Shown here: positions 49,822-59,058 of the stretch, one piece after another | Numbering within the stretch: the first letter of the stretch is position 1 | Layout: each line of letters opens with the position of its first letter | Assembly (NCBI GenBank): GCA_965267575.1 | Contig: OZ254086.1 | Span: 256,001-320,000 of the forward strand | Direction: 5' to 3' | Length of the DNA stretch: 64,000 nucleotides | Source of the DNA: Calditrichales bacterium | Lineage (GTDB): Bacteria > Calditrichota > Calditrichia > Calditrichales > J004 | Notes under the pieces: model-generated | Database searches by the model: none | What the model was told of the DNA's origin: nothing | What the model saw: the letters and a program-made list of their open reading frames with translations, nothing else | Made by a program: the position numbers and the translations under genes

Positions 49822-51117
49822 CTATTCAGTGGTAAATACCTGGAATCCGGCGTAAGCTTCCATCCCGTGCTCGCCGATGTCCAGACCCTGCATCTCTTCC
49901 ATTTCGCTTACACGCAGGCCCATTGTCTTTTTAATACTCCAAAACAATACAAAGGCCGCCAGGAATGCCACGACGCCAACGGAAGCAATCCCGGTGAGCT
50001 GCGTCAAAATGGTGTGTTCGGCACTGCTGCTGAAAATGCCTACCGCCAGCGTTCCCCAGACACCGCAAACCAGGTGCACGGAGATAGCGCCCACGGGATC
50101 ATCCAAATGAAGCTTATCGATGGCGATAACCGAGAGCACCACCAGTACCCCGGCCACCAGCCCGATAAACATGGCCGCGTTCACGCTCACCACATCGGCC
50201 CCGGCGGTGATGCCAACCAAACCTGCCAGGCAGCCGTTAAGCACCATGGAAAGATCGGGCTTTTTTTGCACCGACCAGGTAGTGATCATCGCGCCGATAA
50301 TGCCCGAAGCACCGGCCAGCGTTGTCGTTACAAACACCAATGAAACCAGCCCGGGATCGGCGGAAAGCACCGAACCGCCGTTAAAGCCAAACCACCCGAG
50401 CCACAGCAAAAACACGCCAATCGTGGCCAGCGGCATGCTGTGACCCATGATCGGGCGGATCTTGCCATTCATGTATTTGCCCAGCCGCGGCCCCAGAACG
50501 ATCACACCGGCCAGCGCGGCCCAGCCGCCAACGGAATGCACCAGCGTCGACCCGGCGAAATCATAAAAATTGAGTCCGTCCAGCCAGCCGCCGCCCCACT
50601 TCCAGGAACCAAGAAAGGGATAGACCAGCGCCACGTAAATCAACGTAAAAAGCAGAAAACTCTCCAGCTTGATGCGCTCGGCGACAGCCCCGGAAACAAT
50701 CGTGGCCGCCGTGGCGGCGAACATGCCCTGGAAAAGAAAATCCGTCCAATAGGTGTAGCCGGGATTGTAGGCGGCGGTTATGCCCAATGCGTCCGTGGCG
50801 ATGCCAAAACCGGCAAAGCCAAACCATTGCCCCAAAATGAAATCACCCGGGTACATCAGGTTAAAACCCATCACCGCGTAGGTCAGCAGGCCAATGGCCA
50901 CAATGGCCGTATTTTTAAACAGGATGTTGACCGTATTTTTTTGTCGCGTCAGTCCGATCTCCAGCGTGGCAAAGCCCAGGTGCATGATAAACACCAGGAA
51001 AGTGGCCACCAGCATCCATGTGTTATTGACGGCGAACATCTCCGCCGATACTTCCGCGTCCTGCGCCCAACCGGCCACGGGCATAAGCATAATTAAGAGA
51101 AAGAACCAACGAAGCAT
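49822..51117 (-). CDS. amt: Ammonium transporter
   Basis: FQGMFAATAATIVSGAVAER, DFAGSTLVH, WFGFNGGS, DDPVGAISVH. Confidence 0.96.
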   Translation of the reverse strand: MLRWFFLLIMLMPVAGWAQDAEVSAEMFAVNNTWMLVATFLVFIMHLGFATLEIGLTRQKNTVNILFKNTAIVAIGLLTYAVMGFNLMYPGDFILGQWFGFAGFGIATDALGITAAYNPGYTYWTDFLFQGMFAATAATIVSGAVAERIKLESFLLFTLIYVALVYPFLGSWKWGGGWLDGLNFYDFAGSTLVHSVGGWAALAGVIVLGPRLGKYMNGKIRPIMGHSMPLATIGVFLLWLGWFGFNGGSVLSADPGLVSLVFVTTTLAGASGIIGAMITTWSVQKKPDLSMVLNGCLAGLVGITAGADVVSVNAAMFIGLVAGVLVVLSVIAIDKLHLDDPVGAISVHLVCGVWGTLAVGIFSSSAEHTILTQLTGIASVGVVAFLAAFVLFWSIKKTMGLRVSEMEEMQGLDIGEHGMEAYAGFQVFTTE

Positions 51118-51404
51118 ATAACCTCCATTTTTAAAGCATACAATCCGGAATACTTAAAGAATTGCGGATAAAGCCATGAAATGTATTATTTAATTACGTA
51201 AGTGAGCGCTGATTATAAATATTATTTAGAGGTTTGTCAAATATTATTTACCTATTTAGGTCTCCCGGCTGTTTTAGCATAATTTTTTACTCTGCAAAGA
51301 TTCGTTTATAAGCTTAAAACATAGCGAAAGTTTTTGCAGTATGATCGGGCCGTGCTAAATTACCTTTGAGAAACCGTTAACCCTTCACTGAAAAGCAGGT
51401 AGCC

Positions 51405-51893
51405 ATGCATCGCGACAAAATTGACAAGATCGATATTACGATTATGGAAGTGTTACAGGAACGCGGCCGAGCCAAGCGCAACGAGCTGGCTGAAATGGTC
51501 GGTGCTTCCCTGCCCACCATCAGCGAGCGGCTGATCAAGCTGGAAGAACTCGGTTACATCAAGGGCATCCATGCCGCGCTGGATAACCGCCGACTGGGTT
51601 TGGAGATCACCGCATTTGTCACCGTCACAACGGACCTGCAAACCAAACAGGAAGAAATCGGGAAACTGACAGGGAAAAATCCGTTCATCCAGGAGTGCCA
51701 TTACATAACAGGGGAGGGCACCTACCTGCTTAAAGTACGTGCCGGCAGCATGGAGCAGTTGGAAAAGACCATCCGCGAAGTGCACGAATGGAAAGGCGCT
51801 ATCAACACCACTACCAGCATCGCCCTTTCCACGCTAAAAGAGACCACCTATCTGCCGTTAACGCATTTGGCAAAAAACGCCGAGGACGAATAG
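51405..51893 (+). CDS. Lrp/AsnC-family transcriptional regulator
   Basis: IDKIDITI..LQ..GR..ELAE.VG.S..ERL.KLEELGYIKG, ECHYITGE. Confidence 0.9.
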   Translation: MHRDKIDKIDITIMEVLQERGRAKRNELAEMVGASLPTISERLIKLEELGYIKGIHAALDNRRLGLEITAFVTVTTDLQTKQEEIGKLTGKNPFIQECHYITGEGTYLLKVRAGSMEQLEKTIREVHEWKGAINTTTSIALSTLKETTYLPLTHLAKNAEDE

Positions 51894-51937
51894 GCCGCCC
51901 ACCATGCGAAATTGTGCTGCCTGCCTTATATTTAAGC

Positions 51938-52597
51938 ATGCAAAAATTTACGATCGTCTTTAAACGCTGTACGCTTTTTTTCGCTGTTAGCGCGCTGCTG
52001 CTGAGCTGCTCCTACCGTCCGCACGCCGTAACCGGAGATGCCTCCCGCGACGATTCGCTGCAAGCCACGCAAAAAGCCTGGGTCGCCGACAACGGCTGGC
52101 ATACCAGTATCATCGTAAGGGCCGCCGGGCTGGACAGCCTGATTCCCGGTCTGAAAAAGCATTTGGGTGAATTTGATTATTATGAGCTGGGTTGGGGCGA
52201 TGAGGAGTTTTACCGCGCCCGGCAGACCACCTTCTGGATGAAAGCAAAAGCCGTGCTCTGGCCCACCTCCGCCGTGATGCACGTTGTAGGAATTGAGAAA
52301 AACCCGATGACATTCTTCCCGGCCAACGCCATCGTGGAGCTTGAACTGACCACAAATGAACACCAACGGCTGCTACGTTTCCTGGCCGACAGTTTCCAGA
52401 TTGCAGATTCGGGCATCGCCGATCTGGGCAAAGGGTTGTACGGCCGCAGCCGCTTTTTCAGAGCCACCGGCGATTATTACGCCTGCAACACCTGCAACAC
52501 GTGGACGGCTAAAGGCCTCGCCAGCGCAGGATACGACATCTGGCCCCTGTTTAATCCCACTGCCGGCGGCGTAATGGATAATTTGAAGAATGAGTAA
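51938..52597 (+). CDS. DUF2459-family lipoprotein
   Basis: Lipobox LLS-C; NGWHTSI, GWGDEEFY, NTCNTWTA. Confidence 0.8.
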   Translation: MQKFTIVFKRCTLFFAVSALLLSCSYRPHAVTGDASRDDSLQATQKAWVADNGWHTSIIVRAAGLDSLIPGLKKHLGEFDYYELGWGDEEFYRARQTTFWMKAKAVLWPTSAVMHVVGIEKNPMTFFPANAIVELELTTNEHQRLLRFLADSFQIADSGIADLGKGLYGRSRFFRATGDYYACNTCNTWTAKGLASAGYDIWPLFNPTAGGVMDNLKNE

Positions 52598-52795
52598 GTC
52601 ATATTAGCAACGCAAAATTCATGTGATGCGCCGGCCGCCAACCCGCAGAATAAGATCACGATCAGGAGCACGATCATGACCCAAGCTCATGAACACATTA
52701 ACACTCTAACACACAAACACTTTAACACACTCTTCTATTGCCCCTTTGGAAAAACTTTATATAATTGATCCATCCCATAAATCAACGAGCCGCCC

Positions 52796-53443
52796 ATGAC
52801 GCCTGAACGCTACAAAAAATTGAAACGCATGCTCAGCTATCGCCAGCCGGATTTGACCGTGTTGATGGAAAACGTGCACAAAGCCCACAACCTGGCGGCC
52901 ATTGCCCGCACCTGCGACGCGGTGGGTATCCCGGGTATTCACGCCATTACGACGCTGGAAAAACTTACGTTGCGTTCCGGTGCGGCCAGCGGCAGCGGGC
53001 GCTGGGTGCCGGTAAAAATCCATGAAAATATCGAGGAGGCTTACGGATATCTGCGCCGCGAAGGATTCCGCCTGCTGACCGCGCATTTTTCAAAGGCAGC
53101 CCTCGACTTCCGCGCCATTGATTACACACAGCCCACAGCGATTGTCGTTGGCCAGGAGCTGGATGGCATCAGCGCCGAAGCAGTCAGCCGGGCTGATGAC
53201 AGCATCATTATCCCCATGTACGGCATGGTGCAATCGTTAAACGTTTCCGTCGCCACGGCGATCGTTTTGTACGAAGCACAACGCCAACGCTTTGAAGCGG
53301 GCCTCTACACCAAGCCGCGCTTTGACGGTGAAACAATCGACCGAATGATTTTTGAAATGGGCTACCCGCGTCTCGCCGCCGAATACCGCAGGAAAGGCCT
53401 GCCCTATCCGCGCCTGGATGAAAACGGACGGATAAAAGGATAA
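52796..53443 (+). CDS. trmH: tRNA (guanosine-18-2'-O)-methyltransferase
   Basis: RQPDLTVLMENVHK.HNLAAI.RTCDAVG, IPMYGMVQSLNVSVA, EAQRQR. Confidence 0.93.
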   Translation: MTPERYKKLKRMLSYRQPDLTVLMENVHKAHNLAAIARTCDAVGIPGIHAITTLEKLTLRSGAASGSGRWVPVKIHENIEEAYGYLRREGFRLLTAHFSKAALDFRAIDYTQPTAIVVGQELDGISAEAVSRADDSIIIPMYGMVQSLNVSVATAIVLYEAQRQRFEAGLYTKPRFDGETIDRMIFEMGYPRLAAEYRRKGLPYPRLDENGRIKG

Positions 53444-53642
53444 ATGTGTAAGATGTGTTATTGTGTTATTGTGTTCAGGTGTTCAAGTAATCGAAATCGC
53501 TTTCGCTATCGTGATCGAAAATCATACTTTTGCTCTTAACCTCTCACTCCTTCGGAGATTCGAGATAACATACGGTTTCTTCTCTTTCATCTTTTAATCT
53601 TTCAATTTACATGTTGTTTTCTGCAAAAACGCTTTTTATATT

Positions 53643-53656
53643 ACCGACCAGTCGGT
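53643..53656. promoter_or_regulatory. Probable TetR operator
   Basis: Perfect palindrome ACCGAC-CA-GTCGGT 14 bp upstream of the tetR start. Confidence 0.7.
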
Positions 53657-53670
53657 CAAAATAAAACATT

Positions 53671-54279
53671 ATGCCAAAACTTGTAGACAAAGAGCAGCGC
53701 CGCCGCGAAATACTTGAAACCGCGATCACCGTGTTCGGGAAAAAAGGCTACCGTAACACCAAAGCCAGCGATCTGGCGGAAGCCGCGGGTATCGGCAAAG
53801 GCACCCTGTACGAATATTTCCGCAGCAAGGAAGAGATATTTGCCGGCGCTTTCCACCTCTACTTTGAACACTACGAGCGGGAACTGCAAAACGTTCTGAC
53901 CCGCGAAAGCGATCCTGAAAGACAAATGCATTTGCTGATCAAAGCATCTTTTGAAATGTTTTTGCAAGGCTCTTCAGAATTTGCAACCGTCATAATGGAC
54001 TTTTGGGCGGAGGGCGCCCGCAAGGACAGCAACTTTGTCGAACAACTCGACCTGAAATCGGTCTACGGCACCTTCCGCGATGAGATCGCCGCAATTATTA
54101 CAACGGGTATTGAACAGGGCAGGTTCAGGCAGGTAAATACGCAGGCGGTGGCCGGTATCCTTATCGCCGCCATGGACGGGCTGGCTTTGCAATGGTTAAT
54201 GGACCCCTCCCTTTTTGATATTGAGCAAACGGCCCAAACACTTTTTGAAACCATCATAAATGGAATCCGCAAGGAGTGA
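53671..54279 (+). CDS. TetR/AcrR-family regulator
   Basis: ILETAITVF..KGY..DLAEAAGIGKGTLYEYF.SKEE. Confidence 0.93.
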   Translation: MPKLVDKEQRRREILETAITVFGKKGYRNTKASDLAEAAGIGKGTLYEYFRSKEEIFAGAFHLYFEHYERELQNVLTRESDPERQMHLLIKASFEMFLQGSSEFATVIMDFWAEGARKDSNFVEQLDLKSVYGTFRDEIAAIITTGIEQGRFRQVNTQAVAGILIAAMDGLALQWLMDPSLFDIEQTAQTLFETIINGIRKE

Positions 54280-54280
54280 T

Positions 54281-55021
54281 ATGAAACGAATTATCCTTTC
54301 AATTTTTTTAAGTGCGATTGCCTTACAGGCACAGGAAAGCGCAAAGGAGATTGTCGAAAAATCGGACCAGCTGATGCGTGCCAACAGCAGCTACTCCGAG
54401 CTGACCATGAAAGTCATCAAACCGGACTGGTCGCGTGAGATGCAGATGAAGGTGTGGGCGCTGGAACCGGATTACGCCCTGGTACTGATCACTGCGCCGG
54501 CACGCGATAAAGGCACGGTGACCCTTAAACGTAAGCAGGAAGTTTGGAACTACCTGCCGCAGGTGGACCGTGTCATCAAAATACCCCCATCGATGATGCT
54601 TCAGTCGTGGATGGGTTCGGATTTTACCAACGATGACCTGGTCCGGCAATCGTCCATAGTGCAGGACTATGAGCACACATTGCAGGGCAAAGAAGAATTT
54701 AACGGCTATGAATGCTACGTGATCCATATGAAACCCAAACCGGAGGCCGGCGTCGTCTGGGGGAAAGTACTCATGTGGATCAGCGTGGACGGCTACATCC
54801 AGCTTAAGGCAGAGTACTATGACGAGTATGGTGACAAGGTTAAAATGATGGTCGGCAAGGAGGTGCAGACGCTCGGCGGCCGGCGTATTGCCACGCACTG
54901 GGAGATGATACCGCTGGATGAACCGGACCAGAAAACGGTGATGATTTACAACGAAATTGAGTTCAACATAGAGATTGAACCGTCGTTTTTCTCGCAGCAA
55001 AACATGAAGCGGGTGAGGTGA
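54281..55021 (+). CDS. Outer-membrane lipoprotein-sorting (LolA-like) protein
   Basis: Signal peptide; PARDKG..LK..VWNYLP..IKIPPSMMLQSWMGSDFTNDDL. Confidence 0.85.
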   Translation: MKRIILSIFLSAIALQAQESAKEIVEKSDQLMRANSSYSELTMKVIKPDWSREMQMKVWALEPDYALVLITAPARDKGTVTLKRKQEVWNYLPQVDRVIKIPPSMMLQSWMGSDFTNDDLVRQSSIVQDYEHTLQGKEEFNGYECYVIHMKPKPEAGVVWGKVLMWISVDGYIQLKAEYYDEYGDKVKMMVGKEVQTLGGRRIATHWEMIPLDEPDQKTVMIYNEIEFNIEIEPSFFSQQNMKRVR

Positions 55022-55043
55022 GAGTTCTATGAATATTGTCTTA

Positions 55044-55360
55044 TGTCATATCGAATCCGCGCAGCGGTGAGATATCCGGGAGCGTCATGTGCCCGGGTCT
55101 CTCCTGCATTCGCCGTTCGAGATGGCAGTTTTAAAACAGAAAGAGACCTTGGTGCCATGGGTAAGAGTGTCATCCCGGCCTGTCCCGATGCTTTTGTATC
55201 GGGGTTGGCGCTTTTAACAGCGGGATCTCTGCCGCTGATCAAGAACAAGAGCATGATCATGATCATGATTACCCCGAATACTTTTCTCGATCACGATAGC
55301 GAAAGCGATTTCGATTACCTGAACACCTGAACACCTGAACACAATAACACTTTAGCACAA
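55044..55360 (+). repeat. Composite ~300-bp intergenic repeat, copy 1 (inverted copy at 57812-58141)
   Basis: Shared blocks TGTCATATCGAAT, CCCGGCCTGTCCCGATGCTTTT, GGGATCTCTGCCGCTGATCAAGAACA, GATCACGATAGCGAAAGCGATTTCGAT, octamer tail. Confidence 0.88.
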
Positions 55361-55370
55361 AAGCACGCAC

Positions 55371-56585
55371 ATGTACTTATCATTCGCATGGCGCAATATA
55401 TGGCGCAACAAAAAACGCACGGTCATCGTGGCGGCATCGATCTTCTTTGGCGTCATCCTGGCCTGCCTGATGCGGTCGTCGCAACTCGGTTCCTATAGCT
55501 ATATGATCCATTCGGCGGCGAAAATGCAAACCGGTTACCTGCAGATACAGGATGAAGAATATTGGGAAAACCGCTCGCTGAACAACAGCATTGTCATCGC
55601 GGACACCCTCTGGCAGGCCTGGCAGGAGGTCGGCGCCATTTCGTCGCTCACACCGCGTCTGGAAAGCTACGCGCTTATCTCCACGGACTCTATCACCAAA
55701 GTATCGCCGGTCGTTGGCACGCGGCCAAATTTGGAAGCGCAAATGACGGAAGTGGATAAAAAGCTGGTCGCCGGTGAATGGATCGCCGACGGTGACAGCA
55801 GCGCCATTCTTGCGGAAGGACTGGCCGACCGTCTGAACGTTGCAATCGGCGATACGGTAGTCCTTTATGGCAGCGGCTACCAGGGAATGACCGCGGCCGC
55901 CAAAGTACCGGTAAAGGGGCTGGTAAAACTACCCTTCCCGCAGCTTAACAACGCTATGGTTTTTCTGCCGCTGGATTACGCCCAGTGGGTTTTTGTAGCG
56001 CCGGGACGCGTGACAAGCGTGGCCGTCATGCTGGACAACATTCGTGACCTGGAAGCCGCGCGAGCCGCTTTGCAGCAGCACATGGCCCAAAACATGGTTT
56101 TGAAAAGCTGGGACGAACTGATGCCCGAAATGGAGCAAAGCATCGAGATCGATAACGCCAGTGGCATCATCATGATCGGCATTCTCTACCTGGTGATCGC
56201 GTTTGGCGTATTCGGCACCATTATGATGATGACCGCCGAGCGTGAAAAAGAATGGGGCATTCTAAACGCCGTGGGCATGCGCAAATCCCGCATGGTGGCC
56301 ATCTCCATCCTGGAATCGATCGCTATTTCTTTTCTGGGCACCCTGCTGGGTATAGCGGGCAGCATCCCGATCACCGTCTATTTTAAAAACAATCCTATCC
56401 GGCTCTCCGGCGATATGGCCTTCCAGTGGGAAGTGCTGGGCCTGGAACCGATTCTGCCGTTCAGCGCCGATCCCGGTATTTTTCTTTACCAGTCGCTGGT
56501 GGTGCTGGGAATTGCCCTGCTCTGCTCCATCTATCCGCTGCTGTTCATAAACCGTTTGCAGCCTGTAAAAGCGCTGCGCAAATAG
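55371..56585 (+). CDS. ABC transporter permease (LolC/E, FtsX-like)
   Basis: AWRNIWRNKKRT, ERE.EWGIL.AVGM; four-TM MacB/LolE layout. Confidence 0.9.
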   Translation: MYLSFAWRNIWRNKKRTVIVAASIFFGVILACLMRSSQLGSYSYMIHSAAKMQTGYLQIQDEEYWENRSLNNSIVIADTLWQAWQEVGAISSLTPRLESYALISTDSITKVSPVVGTRPNLEAQMTEVDKKLVAGEWIADGDSSAILAEGLADRLNVAIGDTVVLYGSGYQGMTAAAKVPVKGLVKLPFPQLNNAMVFLPLDYAQWVFVAPGRVTSVAVMLDNIRDLEAARAALQQHMAQNMVLKSWDELMPEMEQSIEIDNASGIIMIGILYLVIAFGVFGTIMMMTAEREKEWGILNAVGMRKSRMVAISILESIAISFLGTLLGIAGSIPITVYFKNNPIRLSGDMAFQWEVLGLEPILPFSADPGIFLYQSLVVLGIALLCSIYPLLFINRLQPVKALRK

Positions 56586-56594
56586 GAGATTGCA

Positions 56595-57812
56595 ATGTTG
56601 CTTAGTCTGGCCTGGAAAAATATCTGGCGCAATAAAAAGCGCAGTGTCGTTGTGCTGATGGCAATCGCCAGCGGGATGTGGGGCGGCCTCTTTTCCGGCG
56701 CCTTCATGATGGGCATGGGTGAATCGATGGTCAATTCGGCGATCGACCGCAACATGGGCCATTTTCAGATTCATGACCCGCAGTACATGGACGATCCGCT
56801 TTTAAAACATTCTTTAAACAAACCATTTGCCATTCTCGATTCTCTCGCCGGCGACGACCGCATCAAGGCGGCTACGGCTCGCACGGTGCTTGAAGGGATG
56901 GCTTCATCACCTGCCAATGCTTATGGTGTACAAATCTTTGGAGTAGACGCAGAGGCGGAATCGCTTGCCACGCAGCTTACTGCTTATATCCGCGAGGGGG
57001 GATTTTTTAAGGAGCAGAAGCGCAACGCCCTGGTGATGGGCGCCAAACTGGCCGGGCGGCTCAATCTGCGTCTGCGCTCCAAAGTTGTGCTCAGTTTCCA
57101 GGGCACCGATGGTGAAATTGTTTACCTGGCCGGGCGTATCGTCGGGTTGTTTCATACGGAGTCCACCATGTTTGATGAGACCAGCGTTTTTATAAAGCGC
57201 GATGATCTGACGCGCGTGTTGGGACTTTCGGAGCCGGCTATACACGAGATTGCCGTAAGGTTGCACAGCGCCCGCGATGTAGAAGAAATGGTCCCCGCCT
57301 GGCAGGCACGGCTGGAACACTTGTCCGTAAAAAGCTGGAAGGAACTGGAACCGGGGCTGGCGTTTATGGCCACATCGGTCAAGGCGTTTACCTACCTGTT
57401 TGTGGCGATCATTCTGTTTGCCCTGCTCTTCGGCATCACCAACAATATGCTGATGTCGGTTATGGAGCGCATCCGCGAGCTGGGTATTCTCAGCGCCATC
57501 GGTATGAGCAAGCTGCGGCTGTTCGGATTGATCCTCGTTGAAACAATCCTGCTTGCCATCAGCGGCGGCATCATCGGCATGACGCTTGGTTCGCTAACCA
57601 TCGTCTGGTTCAACACCTACGGCCTGCCGTTAACGGCCTTTGCCGCGGGCATGGAAAGCTTTGGCATCGCCAGCACATTGTACCCCTATTTGCCGGCCAA
57701 TATGTATGCCGGTGTAGGCGTAATGATCTTTGTAGCGGCATTGATCTCCTCACTGATGCCGGCCTGGAAAGCCACGCACCTGCGCCCCGCCGAAGCGATA
57801 AGGATGTATTGA
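56595..57812 (+). CDS. ABC transporter permease (LolC/E, FtsX-like)
   Basis: AWKNIWRNKKRS, MSVMERIRELGILSAIGM, PAWKA..L.PAEAIR. Confidence 0.9.
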   Translation: MLLSLAWKNIWRNKKRSVVVLMAIASGMWGGLFSGAFMMGMGESMVNSAIDRNMGHFQIHDPQYMDDPLLKHSLNKPFAILDSLAGDDRIKAATARTVLEGMASSPANAYGVQIFGVDAEAESLATQLTAYIREGGFFKEQKRNALVMGAKLAGRLNLRLRSKVVLSFQGTDGEIVYLAGRIVGLFHTESTMFDETSVFIKRDDLTRVLGLSEPAIHEIAVRLHSARDVEEMVPAWQARLEHLSVKSWKELEPGLAFMATSVKAFTYLFVAIILFALLFGITNNMLMSVMERIRELGILSAIGMSKLRLFGLILVETILLAISGGIIGMTLGSLTIVWFNTYGLPLTAFAAGMESFGIASTLYPYLPANMYAGVGVMIFVAALISSLMPAWKATHLRPAEAIRMY

Positions 57813-58141
57813 TGTGTTGGAGTTTTGGAGTGTTAAAGTGTTAAAGTGTTAAAGTGTTAAAGTGTTAAAGTGTTAAGGTATTCAAGTTTTCAGATGTTCA
57901 GGTTCAAGTGATCGAAATCGCTTTCGCTATCGTGATCGGAAAAGGTGTTCGGGGCAATCATGCTCATGTTCTTGATCAGCGGCAGAGATCCCTCTGTTAA
58001 AAATGCCAACCCCGATAAAAAAGCATCGGGACAGGCCGGGAAGACAAGTAGCATACCTGTCATCTCGACCGGTGTATGCCGGAGAGATCCCAGCACATGA
58101 CGCTCCAGGATATCTCATCCCTGCGGGAATTCGATATGACA
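57812..58141 (-). repeat. Composite ~300-bp intergenic repeat, copy 2, including a (GTGTTAAA)n tract
   Basis: Reverse complement of 55044-55360; five perfect GTGTTAAA units at 57830-57869. Confidence 0.88.
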
Positions 58142-58371
58142 GGCTGGGATTTGGCTATAACAATAAACTAATCCCAAAGGAATAAAATGATTATAGCAAA
58201 CAGCAGCACATAAAAAAGTACAACCCCGAAGGGGTGTCACATGTTGCCGCTTAAGATCCCGGTGTGGAAAAAACACCAACCGGGATGACAACGCTCCTTG
58301 TCACCCCGGTCTCGCGCCGGGGTCTAGAGCGATGATAATAAAGATGAAAAATTTAAAACGGAGTCAACACA

Positions 58372-59058
58372 ATGGCCCTGATTGATATAAACAGCATTAC
58401 AAAAACCTACAACACCACGGCGGTACCGGTGCACGCCCTGCGCGGCATCGACCTGCATGTGGAAAAGGGGGAGTTCACCTCCATCGTCGGTCCTTCGGGT
58501 TCGGGAAAAACAACACTGCTCAACATCATCGGTGGTCTGGACGGCTCGACGGAAGGCAACGTCGCCATAGCCGGGAAAAACATCAGCTCCATGTCGTCCT
58601 CAAAGCTGGTTGATTTCCGGCTGCAGAACATCGGTTTTGTTTTCCAGGCCTTTAACCTGATCCCGGTTCTGACGGCGCTGGAAAACGTGGAATTCATCAT
58701 GCTGCTGCAGGGGGTTTCCAAGGAAGAGCGCCGTAAACGCGCCACCCAACTGCTGGAGGATGTGGGTCTGGGAGAACGGCTACACAACCGGCCCTCACAG
58801 CTTTCCGGCGGGCAGCAACAGCGGGTGGCCGTTGCCCGGGCGCTGGCATCCAAACCTGCTTTTGTGCTGGCCGATGAACCCACCGCCAACCTCGATACGG
58901 AATCGGCGGAAGCGCTGCTGGACATTATGGAAGAGCTGAACCAAAAACACGACATCACCTTCATTTTCAGTACGCACGATCCGCGTGTCATCAAACGGGC
59001 CCGGCGCGTGGTAACGCTGGAAGACGGCAAAATTAAGCAGGATAAAACCCAAAACTGA
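58372..59058 (+). CDS. ABC transporter ATP-binding protein (LolD-like)
   Basis: GPSGSGKTT, LSGGQQQRVAVARAL, LADEPTANLD, STHD. Confidence 0.93.
   Translation: MALIDINSITKTYNTTAVPVHALRGIDLHVEKGEFTSIVGPSGSGKTTLLNIIGGLDGSTEGNVAIAGKNISSMSSSKLVDFRLQNIGFVFQAFNLIPVLTALENVEFIMLLQGVSKEERRKRATQLLEDVGLGERLHNRPSQLSGGQQQRVAVARALASKPAFVLADEPTANLDTESAEALLDIMEELNQKHDITFIFSTHDPRVIKRARRVVTLEDGKIKQDKTQN

Noticed and set aside
55043-55330. ORFs 55043-55330, 57890-58096, 23190-23381, 29236-29418 and 49230-49442
   Set aside because: They are translations of intergenic repeats; their mutual similarity reflects the DNA repeat.
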